Made by a program: the position numbers and the translations under genes. Below the pieces are notes generated by a model. The model saw only the letters and a program-made list of their open reading frames with translations. It made no database searches and was not told the origin of the DNA. From positions 2,368,001-2,432,000 of the forward strand of contig OY764265.1 of the NCBI GenBank assembly GCA_963668355.1: 64,000 nucleotides of DNA, written 5' to 3'. Positions 10,212 through 20,067 of the stretch are shown in pieces. Numbering within the stretch: position 1 is the stretch's first letter; each line of letters begins with the position of its first letter. This stretch comes from Bdellovibrionota bacterium. GTDB taxonomy: Bacteria; Bdellovibrionota_G; JALEGL01; DATDPG01.

Positions 10212-11198
10212 ATGGCAAATGATATTTTAGTATTGGTTGAATCGGTAAATGGAAAACTTAAAGGCTCTTCGTGTGAATTGTTGAGTGAGGCCAAGAATCT
10301 CTCCGGAACCCTGGGTGGGGTGGTAAATGCAATAATCATCGGCGAAGGCGTTTCTTCCGCTGGTGAGCAAGCCGGAGAGTTTGGAGCGGAAAAAACGTTT
10401 GTGGCGGATGCGCCTGAATTCAAAGACTATAATCCCGAGAGATATGCGGCCGTTCTGGAAGAAGCCTTCAAAGCTTCTCAACCTGCAGTGATTTTGGGAA
10501 CCGCGAGCTCCATGGGTCGAGACTTGATGCCCCGAGTGGCAGCCAAGTTGGATACGGGGATGATTTCAGAGGGGATCGCCGTGCTATGTAGGGAAGGGCG
10601 GATTGTTGTGACACGACCCTTATATGCTGGAAAATGTCTGGCGGATGTTGTTATTCCGGAAGCCAATCCCCAAATCATTACCTGCAGGCCCAACGTGTTT
10701 GAAGTTGCCAAACCTGAGAGCGGAAAGAAAGCCGCTTTGGAAAAGGTGGGAGATGCCTCGAAAATTGAGAGCCGAGCCAAAATTGTGGAAGTCATTGGGA
10801 GCAAGAGTGATCGCCCCGATTTGACCGAAGCTGGCATCATTGTTTCGGCGGGCCGTCCTATCAAAAGCGAAGAAAACTTCAAAATCATGAACGAATTGGC
10901 AGATGTGATGGGAGCTGCTGTGGGAGCCTCAAGGGCCGCAGTTGATGCAGGCTTTGCGCCTCATGCCATTCAGGTTGGACAGACGGGAAAAACCGTAAAC
11001 CCCAGTCTCTACTTTGCGTTTGGAATTTCAGGTGCCATCCAGCATCTTGCAGGAATGAGGACTTCGAAAGTGATTGTGGCCATCAATACAGATCCTGAAG
11101 CCCCAATTTTTCAGGTTGCGGACTATGGAATTGTAGGAGATCTTTTTGAGGTGGCTCCAGCGCTGACGGAAGAAATCAAAACTTTGGTTAAGGAATAA
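10212..11198 (+). CDS. etfA: Electron transfer flavoprotein alpha subunit
   Basis: [42 protein letters not shown]. Confidence 0.96.
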   Translation: MANDILVLVESVNGKLKGSSCELLSEAKNLSGTLGGVVNAIIIGEGVSSAGEQAGEFGAEKTFVADAPEFKDYNPERYAAVLEEAFKASQPAVILGTASSMGRDLMPRVAAKLDTGMISEGIAVLCREGRIVVTRPLYAGKCLADVVIPEANPQIITCRPNVFEVAKPESGKKAALEKVGDASKIESRAKIVEVIGSKSDRPDLTEAGIIVSAGRPIKSEENFKIMNELADVMGAAVGASRAAVDAGFAPHAIQVGQTGKTVNPSLYFAFGISGAIQHLAGMRTSKVIVAINTDPEAPIFQVADYGIVGDLFEVAPALTEEIKTLVKE

Positions 11199-11200
11199 CT

Positions 11201-11569
11201 GTGAACGATCAACCCACAAAAGAGCGTCGTAGAAGTAAACGTGTTCCGATCCAAATGAAACTTTCTTTCACGTTCAATGGAAAGCCTCACGAAGGCGTAA
11301 CAGAAAACGTGAGTACAGGAGGTTTTTTCGTTCGTTTGCCGGCGATCTTACCTATCGGAGCTAATATTCCTTTTTCGTTGTCTCATGAAAAGATGAAGAA
11401 TCCATTCAAGGTGGTTGGAAAAGTCGTGCATTTGAAGACCAGTGTTGAAGAGGAAGATGTGGGGATCGGTGTTCAACTTCAGCAATTTGGAAAGGATCAA
11501 GAAGAGAATTTTGATGCGTACCGCAAGGTTCTTTCCGATTGGATTGCAGAGCACAGCGAAGACGATTGA
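11201..11569 (+). CDS. Single-domain PilZ protein (c-di-GMP receptor)
   Basis: RxxxR (RRSKR) and N-x-S-x-x-G (NVSTGG) both present. Confidence 0.85.
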   Translation: MNDQPTKERRRSKRVPIQMKLSFTFNGKPHEGVTENVSTGGFFVRLPAILPIGANIPFSLSHEKMKNPFKVVGKVVHLKTSVEEEDVGIGVQLQQFGKDQEENFDAYRKVLSDWIAEHSEDD

Positions 11570-11576
11570 TCGCGAC

Positions 11577-13046
11577 TTAAGAGGCTGTCGGAAAAAGGAT
11601 GGGCAAAGGATTTAGCCCATATTTGTTGGGGTCCAGGGTCTTGTGAATGGTTCTGTTTTGTGTGTCTTGGGACAAGTCCACTTCTGTGGGTTGCTGTAGC
11701 TTGGTTCCGTTTGCATCATAAATGCACCGAACTTTTGGCATTTTTGGATGAGGTCTTGATTTTCCAGAATTCACAACAACCGCAACTTCCTTGGATGTGA
11801 GCAAGACAACCGTCCCCGGGGGATAAGGGGTGACGACAGAAACAAAGACCCGAAAAACAGATGGGTCAAACTTGCTTCCCTCATCCTTGGCCAGGATTTT
11901 GATGGCTTCGTGGGGAAGCAGGGCGTCTCGATAACTCTGAGCGGTGGTCATCGCATCGAAACAATGTGCGATGGAGACGATTCGGGAGAGCAGAGTAGGT
12001 CGGCGAGATGAGGAGCCTTGTTCGAACGCCAAGGTGTGTTCATAGGCGACCAGCATCCTTCTCAAAGCCGACTCGTTAAAGCCTTTTAGTCGAATAAGCT
12101 GCATCAGAGAGTATGTATTGCTCTTTCTCAATTGAGCCCAATCTTCTTCGCTCAGAGGGACCTTCTTATCCAATATATCTTCCGAGATTTGTACTTTTCC
12201 GATGTCGTGGAGAAGCGCAGAGGCACCCAAATCAGAAAGTTTATGTTTGTTCAATCCCAACTCCCTTCCAACCAAAAGAGACAGAAGGGCGACATTCACC
12301 GAATGATAAGACAAATAATCTTCTTTAGATCGAATGGATGCCAGTCCGAGAATATTGTTGGTTTCGTCCCCCATGGCGTCAATGAACTCGTGAATACAAC
12401 GTTGGAGTCGACTGACAGAGCCCAGTTCACCTTGTTCCAGTTGCGTGATGAAGTCCTGTAAGAATAAAACAGTTTTTAAATACAGCCGCATCAAATAGTG
12501 AGGGTCGGCCAAGGTTTGCACAGATATGACGCGTTTTTCTGTTTCTGAAAGTTTTCCAATGGGAACCACGGAAATTTGATTGACGCGGAGATGCCCGAGC
12601 CAGTTGGGCTCATCGGCGTTTTTTGAACTGCCAAGGGACTTTCCGAGAAATGTTTGAATCTCTTCAATATTGGGCGGAGTTTCAAAACGAAATCCTGAAA
12701 TTTGATATTCCTTAAAGAAAGCTGAAAGAAACCGAAAGTTTTCAAACGAAGAAAAATCGGGTTTTAGCAAGGTGCGGTTTAAATAGAACGAATCCCCAAC
12801 CGAGACGATTGCAACTTCTTGGGTCAAAGCGAATACCGCGTCCAAGACCTGTTTGAGAGCTTCGATGGACGCTAACACGGCGTTATTTTTTAAATCGTGA
12901 ACCCGACCATTTCGCATCATCATGAAGATGCGATTGACCAATTCCTTGCCACATTGTTGAAAACGAACCTCAGGGTCCGAATCCAATCCAGATTCAAAGA
13001 CATTCTTTAGAACGGATTCGGTGTTGGGGGGCGAATCATTACTCAT
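11577..13046 (-). CDS. HD-GYP-like domain protein with degenerate catalytic motifs
   Basis: HSVNV, LHDIGK, FDAMTT..SYR, KFDP, YPPGT present; HHExxDGxGYP replaced by EHTLAFEQGSS. Start at ATG 13046, which overlaps the upstream stop. Confidence 0.85.
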   Translation of the reverse strand: MSNDSPPNTESVLKNVFESGLDSDPEVRFQQCGKELVNRIFMMMRNGRVHDLKNNAVLASIEALKQVLDAVFALTQEVAIVSVGDSFYLNRTLLKPDFSSFENFRFLSAFFKEYQISGFRFETPPNIEEIQTFLGKSLGSSKNADEPNWLGHLRVNQISVVPIGKLSETEKRVISVQTLADPHYLMRLYLKTVLFLQDFITQLEQGELGSVSRLQRCIHEFIDAMGDETNNILGLASIRSKEDYLSYHSVNVALLSLLVGRELGLNKHKLSDLGASALLHDIGKVQISEDILDKKVPLSEEDWAQLRKSNTYSLMQLIRLKGFNESALRRMLVAYEHTLAFEQGSSSRRPTLLSRIVSIAHCFDAMTTAQSYRDALLPHEAIKILAKDEGSKFDPSVFRVFVSVVTPYPPGTVVLLTSKEVAVVVNSGKSRPHPKMPKVRCIYDANGTKLQQPTEVDLSQDTQNRTIHKTLDPNKYGLNPLPILFPTAS

Positions 13047-14782
13047 GCCGAACTCCTTGAGGTCCACTTCTTCAACGCAAGCTGACACGCCTCTTTCACA
13101 TTCGCAGGCGTGAGTGTGCGATCTCGCTCTTTTTCGATGGCCTTTTTTGCTTTCTCTGTCCCCAGCGCATGGAGAGCCCAAATGGCTGCGATGGTTTTCT
13201 CTTGGGCCTTTTCTGTTCGACTTAAAACGCTACCGAGTTGGTCTTCGAAATACCCCATCAACTGCGTGCCACCAAGGCGGACAAGCGCAAGGTAGAAAAA
13301 TCGTTTTTCATCTCCATCTCGTTCGCTGAATTCAGGACGTTCCACCAATTCGAAGATTTTTTTCGAAGCCTTGCGATTTCGGGTTTCGACGATGAATTGA
13401 AGTGCTCGAAGTCGAACATTTTTGTTGGAATCGACCAAACCGGAAAAGAGAATGGAAAGCCCTTGTTCTTGCTCTGCCTTCGCCAAAAGATCCAACGTGA
13501 AAATGCGTACTGAGGGATCTTTATGGGAAAAACCTCGACGAATTTGATGGATGGTTTGATTCACTCCCATGGTGGCCAGGAGGCGCAGGATGTCTATGGC
13601 AATGTCGGGAGGAGAGGATCGAAGGGCCTGGCTAAAAGAACCTGACAACTTGGGCCCATGGTTGGCAAGAAGAGGAATGAGGTGTTCTCGTGTTTGACGA
13701 TCGGTAGATTCTTTAAACCATTCAAACAATAGGGGAACTGAGGTGGAGCCCAGAGAATGTAAAAAAGGTTCAATTCCGGTCAATTCATTCCATTTTGATT
13801 GTTTGAGGTCTTCCAGGGTTTTCTTGATCGTTTCAGAAGAATTCAACGTTTGAAACAATTCCAACATGAATTTGGCGTTTGTACCCGAGGGATTGTTCTT
13901 GGGATCCGAAAGTTGAGATAGCTTTGAAAACACCTTCGCGGCCAGTTGGAACCGCCCAAGTCGAATCAGGGATTCGGTGAGTTTCTGAACCACCGTCGCG
14001 ACGTCTCGAAAATCATTTTCCTTTTCTTCTCCCAACAAAACTCGAAAAAGGACCAGGAGCATCCGTTGAATCATGACATCATTTTCATCGGACATTGTGG
14101 ACGCGAGGGAATGAACACCTTCGGAATCCATTTCAATGGATGAGATGTCATAATCGGGAAGTTGTTTGATCATTTCCGCATCTTGTCTCTTGATTCGCCT
14201 TCGAGTGACCGGGTTGAGTTGGCCCAGGCGATCAGCAATGGAAGAGGGACCCTGTGTTTCCATGTGAATTTGGGTCATTCGACTCAAGGTAACTTCCATG
14301 TCTTCGGTTTCTTTTCCACTCTCAATGAACGTTTCCACAACGATGTAAGAAATATTTTTGAAGTTGGCTTTCCAAAGCAAGGTCACGATGTCATCGTCAC
14401 AAAATTCGTAGGAGTTGAAATCGGTTCTCAGAATGCGAATGAAATCCAGAAGTTCATCTCGCGCCAATCCATAGTGGAATGTTAGAAAGCGCAGACCATC
14501 CTGATGAAGTCGAAAAGAAATATTCTCTTGCTTATCTTCGTTGTGGTAGACCGGCTCCTCTGTAAAAAGGAATTCGTAAGGTTTGACGGCGAGGGCGAAC
14601 TCATTTTGAGTGTCGAGAATATGGCAAGTGCTTTCAAAAAGGCGGTCCTCAAATTGATGAATGGTGGCGTGACCCGGAGAATACATGCGATGGGCGCGGA
14701 GAAGCTTTTCCAGAATCTGAAACCATTCGACAGCCGGCTGAAGAATGGCCTGTAGTTCTGGGTTGGGCTTTTGGGTGGCCAT
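13043..14782 (-). CDS. HEAT-repeat protein with uncharacterised N-terminal domain
   Basis: C-terminal HEAT-like repeats (HKDPSVRIFTLDLL, DSNKNVRLRALQFI, AAIWALHALG); N-terminal RMYSPGH...GLRFLTFHYGL..DEL..F...DDIVTLLW. Confidence 0.8.
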   Translation of the reverse strand: MATQKPNPELQAILQPAVEWFQILEKLLRAHRMYSPGHATIHQFEDRLFESTCHILDTQNEFALAVKPYEFLFTEEPVYHNEDKQENISFRLHQDGLRFLTFHYGLARDELLDFIRILRTDFNSYEFCDDDIVTLLWKANFKNISYIVVETFIESGKETEDMEVTLSRMTQIHMETQGPSSIADRLGQLNPVTRRRIKRQDAEMIKQLPDYDISSIEMDSEGVHSLASTMSDENDVMIQRMLLVLFRVLLGEEKENDFRDVATVVQKLTESLIRLGRFQLAAKVFSKLSQLSDPKNNPSGTNAKFMLELFQTLNSSETIKKTLEDLKQSKWNELTGIEPFLHSLGSTSVPLLFEWFKESTDRQTREHLIPLLANHGPKLSGSFSQALRSSPPDIAIDILRLLATMGVNQTIHQIRRGFSHKDPSVRIFTLDLLAKAEQEQGLSILFSGLVDSNKNVRLRALQFIVETRNRKASKKIFELVERPEFSERDGDEKRFFYLALVRLGGTQLMGYFEDQLGSVLSRTEKAQEKTIAAIWALHALGTEKAKKAIEKERDRTLTPANVKEACQLALKKWTSRSSA

Positions 14783-14867
14783 AGTGGTGATTTAATAGTT
14801 TAAGCGGAATTTAAAAAAACTCAATTACTTCAAGAGGTTAACGGTCATTTTTTCTTCCCCCACGGCT

Positions 14868-14895
14868 CTTGACAGGGAGGGGGAAGTGCCTATCT
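14868..14895 (+). promoter_or_regulatory. Putative RpoH-like heat-shock promoter of dnaK
   Basis: CTTGAC-N15-CCTATCT, followed by a 5' hairpin at 14905-14922 and SD AGGAG before ATG 14959. Confidence 0.55.
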
Positions 14896-14958
14896 ACACC
14901 CTGCGCCGCTTTTGAGGGCGGCAAATCGTGTTTAATGTTGAATTAGGAGATTGAAATC

Positions 14959-16872
14959 ATGGGGAAAATAATTGGAATTGATTTGGGAACCACCAACTCA
15001 GTTGTGGCGGTTCTGGATGGTGATGATCCAAGAGTGATCACCAACGAAGAGGGAGGGCGAACGACCCCTTCCGTTGTAGGCTTTTTAAAAGATGGAGGCC
15101 GTGCGGTGGGTCAGGTGGCCAAGCGCCAAGCGGTGACGAATCCTGAAAAAACGATTTCGTCCATCAAGCGATTTATGGGTCGTCGGTTTTCGGAAGTCGA
15201 GTCTGAAACCAAAACGGTTCCTTATAAAGTGGTCTCGGATGGTAGCGGAAATGCCGTAGTTGAAATCGATGGCAAGCACTATGCTCCGCCAGAGATTTCT
15301 GCCATGACGTTGAAAAAATTGAAAAAAGCCGCAGAAGATTTTTTGGGAGAGCCTGTGACGGAAGCGGTCATTACTGTTCCCGCATATTTCAATGACTCTC
15401 AACGTCAAGCCACGAAAGACGCGGGGAAGATTGCAGGTTTGGAAGTTAAACGAATCATCAATGAGCCCACGGCAGCTGCGCTCGCCTATGGAATGGACAA
15501 GAAGAAAGACCAACTCGTTGCCGTGTATGACTTTGGTGGAGGTACGTTTGACGTATCCATTCTAGAAGTGGGCGATAAGGTTGTGGAAGTGAAGGCCACC
15601 AATGGAGACACACATCTGGGTGGTGATGACATTGACCAGATGATCATCGATTGGTTGGTCAGTGAATTTAAGAAAGATCAAGGCATTGATATTTCCAGCG
15701 ACAAGATGGTCGTTCAACGACTGAAAGAAGCTGCCGAAAAAGCCAAAATTGAGCTTTCCTCTGTGCAAGAAACTGAAATTAATCTTCCGTTCCTAACGGC
15801 AGACGCTTCGGGGCCTAAGCATCTCAACGTAAAACTCTCTCGCTCTCAATTTGAGAAAATTGTGGGGGACATGTTGGAGCGAACCAAAAGGCCATGTGAG
15901 GCGGCGATGAGGGATGCTGGAGTGTCGGCCTCGGATATTTCTGAGGTCATTATGGTTGGTGGATCGACACGAATTCCTTATGTACAGAACCTCGTAAAAT
16001 CCTTGTTTGGACGTGAAGGCTCCAAAACCGTTAACCCTGACGAAGTGGTGGCTTCGGGTGCTGCTGTGCAGGGTGGTGTTTTGGCTGGAGATGTGAAAGA
16101 CGTCCTTCTCCTTGATGTCACCCCACTTTCTTTGGGAATTGAAACCCTTGGTGGAGTGATGACTAAGTTGATCGAACGAAACTCCACGATTCCCATTAAA
16201 AAGTCAGAGGTGTTTTCTACGGCTGCAGACAATCAAACATCTGTTGAGGTGCATGTTCTTCAAGGGGAACGAGAAATGGCCGGAGGAAATCGAACCTTGG
16301 GACGTTTCCAATTGCAGGATATTCCGGCAGCTCCCAGAGGAATTCCTCAAATCGAAGTGACGTTTGATATTGATGCAAACGGGATCGTGAATGTTTCAGC
16401 CAAGGATAAGGCGACAGGGAAGGAACAAAAGATCACGATCACCACTTCTTCGGGAATTTCAGATGATGACATCAATCGCATGGTCAAAGATTCCGAGCTA
16501 CATGCTGAAGAAGATAAGAAGCAGAAAGAACAAGTTGAGGTTCGAAACCAACTCGACTCTTTGATTTACAACACCGAAAAGTTGATGAAAGAGAACAAAG
16601 ATAAAATTGGCGATGCTGGCAAGCCTGTCGAGGAAGCTTTGGTCTCAGCCAAAAAAGGCCTGGAATCCGGGGATCTTGCTCAGATGAAGCAGGAGTTGGA
16701 GAAGTTAACCCAAGCTTCTCACAAAATGGCGGAAGTCATGTACAAATCTTCGGGACAAGCGGGGGCCCAGGCTTCTCCTTCTCCGGAGACGCCCAACACT
16801 CCTCCTGAGGGAGGAGCTGGACAAGGCGGAGATGATGTCATTGACGCCGAGTATAAAGATGTAAATACCTAA
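14959..16872 (+). CDS. dnaK: Chaperone DnaK (Hsp70)
   Basis: [51 protein letters not shown]-terminal DVIDAEY. Confidence 0.99.
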   Translation: MGKIIGIDLGTTNSVVAVLDGDDPRVITNEEGGRTTPSVVGFLKDGGRAVGQVAKRQAVTNPEKTISSIKRFMGRRFSEVESETKTVPYKVVSDGSGNAVVEIDGKHYAPPEISAMTLKKLKKAAEDFLGEPVTEAVITVPAYFNDSQRQATKDAGKIAGLEVKRIINEPTAAALAYGMDKKKDQLVAVYDFGGGTFDVSILEVGDKVVEVKATNGDTHLGGDDIDQMIIDWLVSEFKKDQGIDISSDKMVVQRLKEAAEKAKIELSSVQETEINLPFLTADASGPKHLNVKLSRSQFEKIVGDMLERTKRPCEAAMRDAGVSASDISEVIMVGGSTRIPYVQNLVKSLFGREGSKTVNPDEVVASGAAVQGGVLAGDVKDVLLLDVTPLSLGIETLGGVMTKLIERNSTIPIKKSEVFSTAADNQTSVEVHVLQGEREMAGGNRTLGRFQLQDIPAAPRGIPQIEVTFDIDANGIVNVSAKDKATGKEQKITITTSSGISDDDINRMVKDSELHAEEDKKQKEQVEVRNQLDSLIYNTEKLMKENKDKIGDAGKPVEEALVSAKKGLESGDLAQMKQELEKLTQASHKMAEVMYKSSGQAGAQASPSPETPNTPPEGGAGQGGDDVIDAEYKDVNT

Positions 16873-16893
16873 AAAACACGAACCCCCATGATG

Positions 16894-16962
16894 AAAGCCG
16901 GAGTGGATTGGGGGGGCATGTACTCGTTACGTGTCCCCCGGCAAATCCAACTCCGGCTTTTT
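16894..16962 (+). terminator. Long imperfect hairpin plus U-tract after dnaK (terminator or structured RNA)
   Basis: AAAGCCGGAGT-GGATT-G7-CATGTA / TACGTG-TCCCCC-AATCC-ACTCCGGCTTT; the 3' arm ends in a run of five T (16958-16962). Confidence 0.6.
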
Positions 16963-17004
16963 CTATGGAAAATGGAAAGAATTCCGTAAACTTGGGGGAA
17001 TCTG

Positions 17005-20000
17005 ATGATCTGCCAACGATGTGAAAATGAAATCTCCCTGCTGGATGTCGCATTTTGTCCTTTCTGTGGGGAGCCCATCTCGATGGCGGCCAAAGGAAAG
17101 CATTTTGCGGTTGTTGCCTGTGGGCATCTGGAAGCTTCGGAAGAGGATCTTGAGTTCTTTTTTTCTTATTTCGGTCAATTGCTAAGAAAACATGGGGGAC
17201 TTTTTCAAGGGTTGGGAAAAGATTTCCTTTTTTTCTTTCAGTCTGAACAATTTGAAGCGGGGCGTCCCATTCGAGCTCTCTCCATGGTTCAGCGCTTGAG
17301 ACAAGAAGCCAAAGCCTATCATCGGGATCGAGGGAGGGCCGTGCAGCTGCGTTTTGGACTTTCCTATGGTGAAGTCTTTGAGCGGGACCATGAAACCTTT
17401 TTGCAGTTGGGTGGTCAAGCAGTTGAAAGAGCCACTCTTTTATGTGATTTATCCGAACAGGAAGAGGTCTGGGTGTCTCAAGATTTCGCAGACCTGTTTG
17501 ACTCCCTCTATCGCTTTGTCCCCATTCCTGTGGATTCGAAGCGTTGGAATTCGGATTGGGGTCAGGTTTTTCGTTTCGAAGGTGGGGAGCCCATTTCTCT
17601 TGAGTGTCGGTTTGTGGGGAGAAACCGAGAGCTCTTGGAATTGGAAACGCGTTTGCAGGGATTGGCCCAGAAGAGAGGCTTTAGAACGCTTCTTTTGGGA
17701 GAGGCGGGGGTTGGAAAGTCCCGCTTGTTAAAGGAATGTGGTCGAAGAGTTCCAAGAGAGATTTTGGTGTTCCAAACCCGCTTTGAACGAACGACCCAAG
17801 TCTTTCCGGGAGTCTTTCAAAGTTTGGCGAAGACCATTTTACCGCTTCTGTCCAAAGGCCCTAACCATTTGCCCATTTCTGGATCCATTTTGATGGACGA
17901 AAAACTTTGGGCTAATTTTAACTACGATCAGGTTAAACAACTGTTTCGTGCCACTCTTCTTAATTTGCTGGAACATCAACCCTGTCTAATTTGTTTTGAA
18001 GATCTTCATTTTGCCGATCGTTCCAGTCTTTGTTTATTGAAAGATCTGATGGAAGATCTTGAAGACTATCCAATGGGTATCTTGGCGACGTCCCGTCAGA
18101 AGTGTCCTTATTTTTCCGACGTGGTTGAGATTTCTCCTTTGAACGAGAAGGAATCCACACGTTTGTTTCAGGAGTGTGGGGGGACGGAAGAGCAAATTGA
18201 ACAGAAATATTTGGATTTCTGTCAGGGAAATCCATTCTTTGTTCAAGAAATGGCGAGGCACTTAGAAAAGGGATTGTCATGGGAAAAGCTCAAAAGTGGA
18301 TCAATTCGCTTGCTCTTGGAAGCCTCATTAAACTCCCTTCCATCGGAGGAAAGGTCTTTTATTGAACTGTTGTCTCTTTACGGAGGTCGGGCCAACCTTA
18401 AAATCTTGTCTCAAATTTTAGGGTGGAATGAAGAAAAGTGTGTGGACATCGCGGATAAAAACACGCTCTGTCTTCGTCAGGGCGAGGATTTTTTCATTCG
18501 CCACGATATGTTGCGAGAGCTGGCCGACGAGCAAATTGAGGCTTTAAAAAAGAAAAAGCTTCACTACGAATTGGCTCAAGTCATGGCTTCCCTTGGCGAG
18601 CCCATTGAAACCGTTGCCCATCACTACTTTCTAAGTGGGGATCCGGAAAAGGGTGCTTCCGCATCTTTAAAGGCCGCCTGGAGATACTTGCATTTGGATG
18701 ATGCTGAAACGGCTGCTCAGTGGCTTTCGAGGGGTAGACGTTTCGCAATCCAAAGAAAGGACTCGGCGCTTCTTTTTGAGGCGGGTGCGATTCAATTTAA
18801 GCTCGAAAGCTTAAGGAGAACGGTTGAGGAGTCTTTGAAGTGGCTGGATGCTTGGAACGAAAAAGAAGGATGGAAAGGAAATGAACGTTCTGAGTTTCAT
18901 TTGCTCAAGGGAGAGTTTCTTTTTGATCGGGGTCGAATTATGGAGGCCCTACAAGAATTGGAGACCGTGGGCGCCAATGAATCTCATCGATCCTTTAAAT
19001 TCATTTTATTGAAGGGAAAGATTTTAGCCAAGGAAGGGAAACACCGAGAGGCCGTGAAACTTTCTCTTCAAGAAATTCGTGAGCCGAGTCGAACAGATGA
19101 AGAAAAAGCAGAGCTGTATTCTCTTCTGGGTTATGTTTCCTTTTTAGATCGTGAATATGACCAAGCTGTAGATTTCTATGAAAAATCATATGTTCACTTC
19201 CAGATGCTGGAACATATGGGGGGAATGTCCAAAGTGGAGCAAAATCTGGGCAATACCGAATTGGCCAGGGGAGAGTTGAATAAAGCTCGAACCACTTTCC
19301 TCAAACTCTGTGAATCGGCTCTTCAGAGAAGTGATCTGTCGTTGTATGCCTCGAATCTATTGCGTTTGGGGTCTGTGAATTTTGACTTGCTTCGTTTGAG
19401 GGAGTCGGAGGCCAATCATAGCCAAGCACTTTCTATTTCCTCTTTGGCTGGAAACAAAGATCTCTATTTTCAAATTTGTTTGTCACAAGCATCTGCTGAA
19501 CGATTCTTTGGAGATTTAAAGCCCGCTATGGAAAAGACCCGCGAGGTTCTGGCTTATAGCCAAAAAACACATCGTGTTTATTTGGAAATTCAAGCAACCC
19601 GCCTGATGGCAAAACATAACTTAGATTTGGGGTGTGCCCAAGAGGCATTGAATTTGCTGGAGACACTCCAGAAGAAGCCCGTGTTTCCCTCTCAAGATCA
19701 ACTCAACCGTATGGCTCGTGTGGAGGCCTTACTTGCTTTGGAGCGAGATTCTGACGCAAGGAAAGAGTTAAAACTCTTTGAAGAAAAATATCCAAAGGAA
19801 AAGCGGTCCATCTTGGCTCAAATGGAATATTTGAGTTGGGTTTGTGTGTTGGAAAAAGGCATTTCCGATGAGCTTCAAACCTATCTCCAATCCAACTCGG
19901 AAACGCTCCCTTTGTATCGTTTGTCGTTGCTAGCAAAGGTTGGAAAGTTTGACCTGGCTTTGGTTCAAGCTAAAGGCAAGAATATCGTAAGCCGAATTGA

Positions 20001-20067
20001 GCAGGAACTTCCTGAGAAATCAAAAAAGGCTTTCCTATCCCGTCCCGACGTTCAATTGTTTGGATAG
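17005..20067 (+). CDS. STAND-type NTPase: zinc ribbon, degenerate class III cyclase domain, AAA ATPase, TPR repeats
   Basis: CxxC...CPFCG; LRFGLSYGEV cyclase-like strand; Walker A GEAGVGKS; Walker B CFEDLHFAD; GNPFF; RHDMLRE; helical TPR-like C-terminus. Confidence 0.8.
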   Translation: MICQRCENEISLLDVAFCPFCGEPISMAAKGKHFAVVACGHLEASEEDLEFFFSYFGQLLRKHGGLFQGLGKDFLFFFQSEQFEAGRPIRALSMVQRLRQEAKAYHRDRGRAVQLRFGLSYGEVFERDHETFLQLGGQAVERATLLCDLSEQEEVWVSQDFADLFDSLYRFVPIPVDSKRWNSDWGQVFRFEGGEPISLECRFVGRNRELLELETRLQGLAQKRGFRTLLLGEAGVGKSRLLKECGRRVPREILVFQTRFERTTQVFPGVFQSLAKTILPLLSKGPNHLPISGSILMDEKLWANFNYDQVKQLFRATLLNLLEHQPCLICFEDLHFADRSSLCLLKDLMEDLEDYPMGILATSRQKCPYFSDVVEISPLNEKESTRLFQECGGTEEQIEQKYLDFCQGNPFFVQEMARHLEKGLSWEKLKSGSIRLLLEASLNSLPSEERSFIELLSLYGGRANLKILSQILGWNEEKCVDIADKNTLCLRQGEDFFIRHDMLRELADEQIEALKKKKLHYELAQVMASLGEPIETVAHHYFLSGDPEKGASASLKAAWRYLHLDDAETAAQWLSRGRRFAIQRKDSALLFEAGAIQFKLESLRRTVEESLKWLDAWNEKEGWKGNERSEFHLLKGEFLFDRGRIMEALQELETVGANESHRSFKFILLKGKILAKEGKHREAVKLSLQEIREPSRTDEEKAELYSLLGYVSFLDREYDQAVDFYEKSYVHFQMLEHMGGMSKVEQNLGNTELARGELNKARTTFLKLCESALQRSDLSLYASNLLRLGSVNFDLLRLRESEANHSQALSISSLAGNKDLYFQICLSQASAERFFGDLKPAMEKTREVLAYSQKTHRVYLEIQATRLMAKHNLDLGCAQEALNLLETLQKKPVFPSQDQLNRMARVEALLALERDSDARKELKLFEEKYPKEKRSILAQMEYLSWVCVLEKGISDELQTYLQSNSETLPLYRLSLLAKVGKFDLALVQAKGKNIVSRIEQELPEKSKKAFLSRPDVQLFG

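Noticed and set aside
13047..13181. N-terminal extension of the HD-GYP ORF in the track
   Set aside because: It overlaps the HEAT gene; ATG 13046 has an SD (AGGAG) and an ATGA overlap, so it is the better start.
16883..16998. 6S RNA, SRP RNA or tRNA
   Set aside because: Too short for 6S, lacks the SRP domain IV GGAA-loop motif, and has no cloverleaf or T-loop; kept only as an unknown structure.
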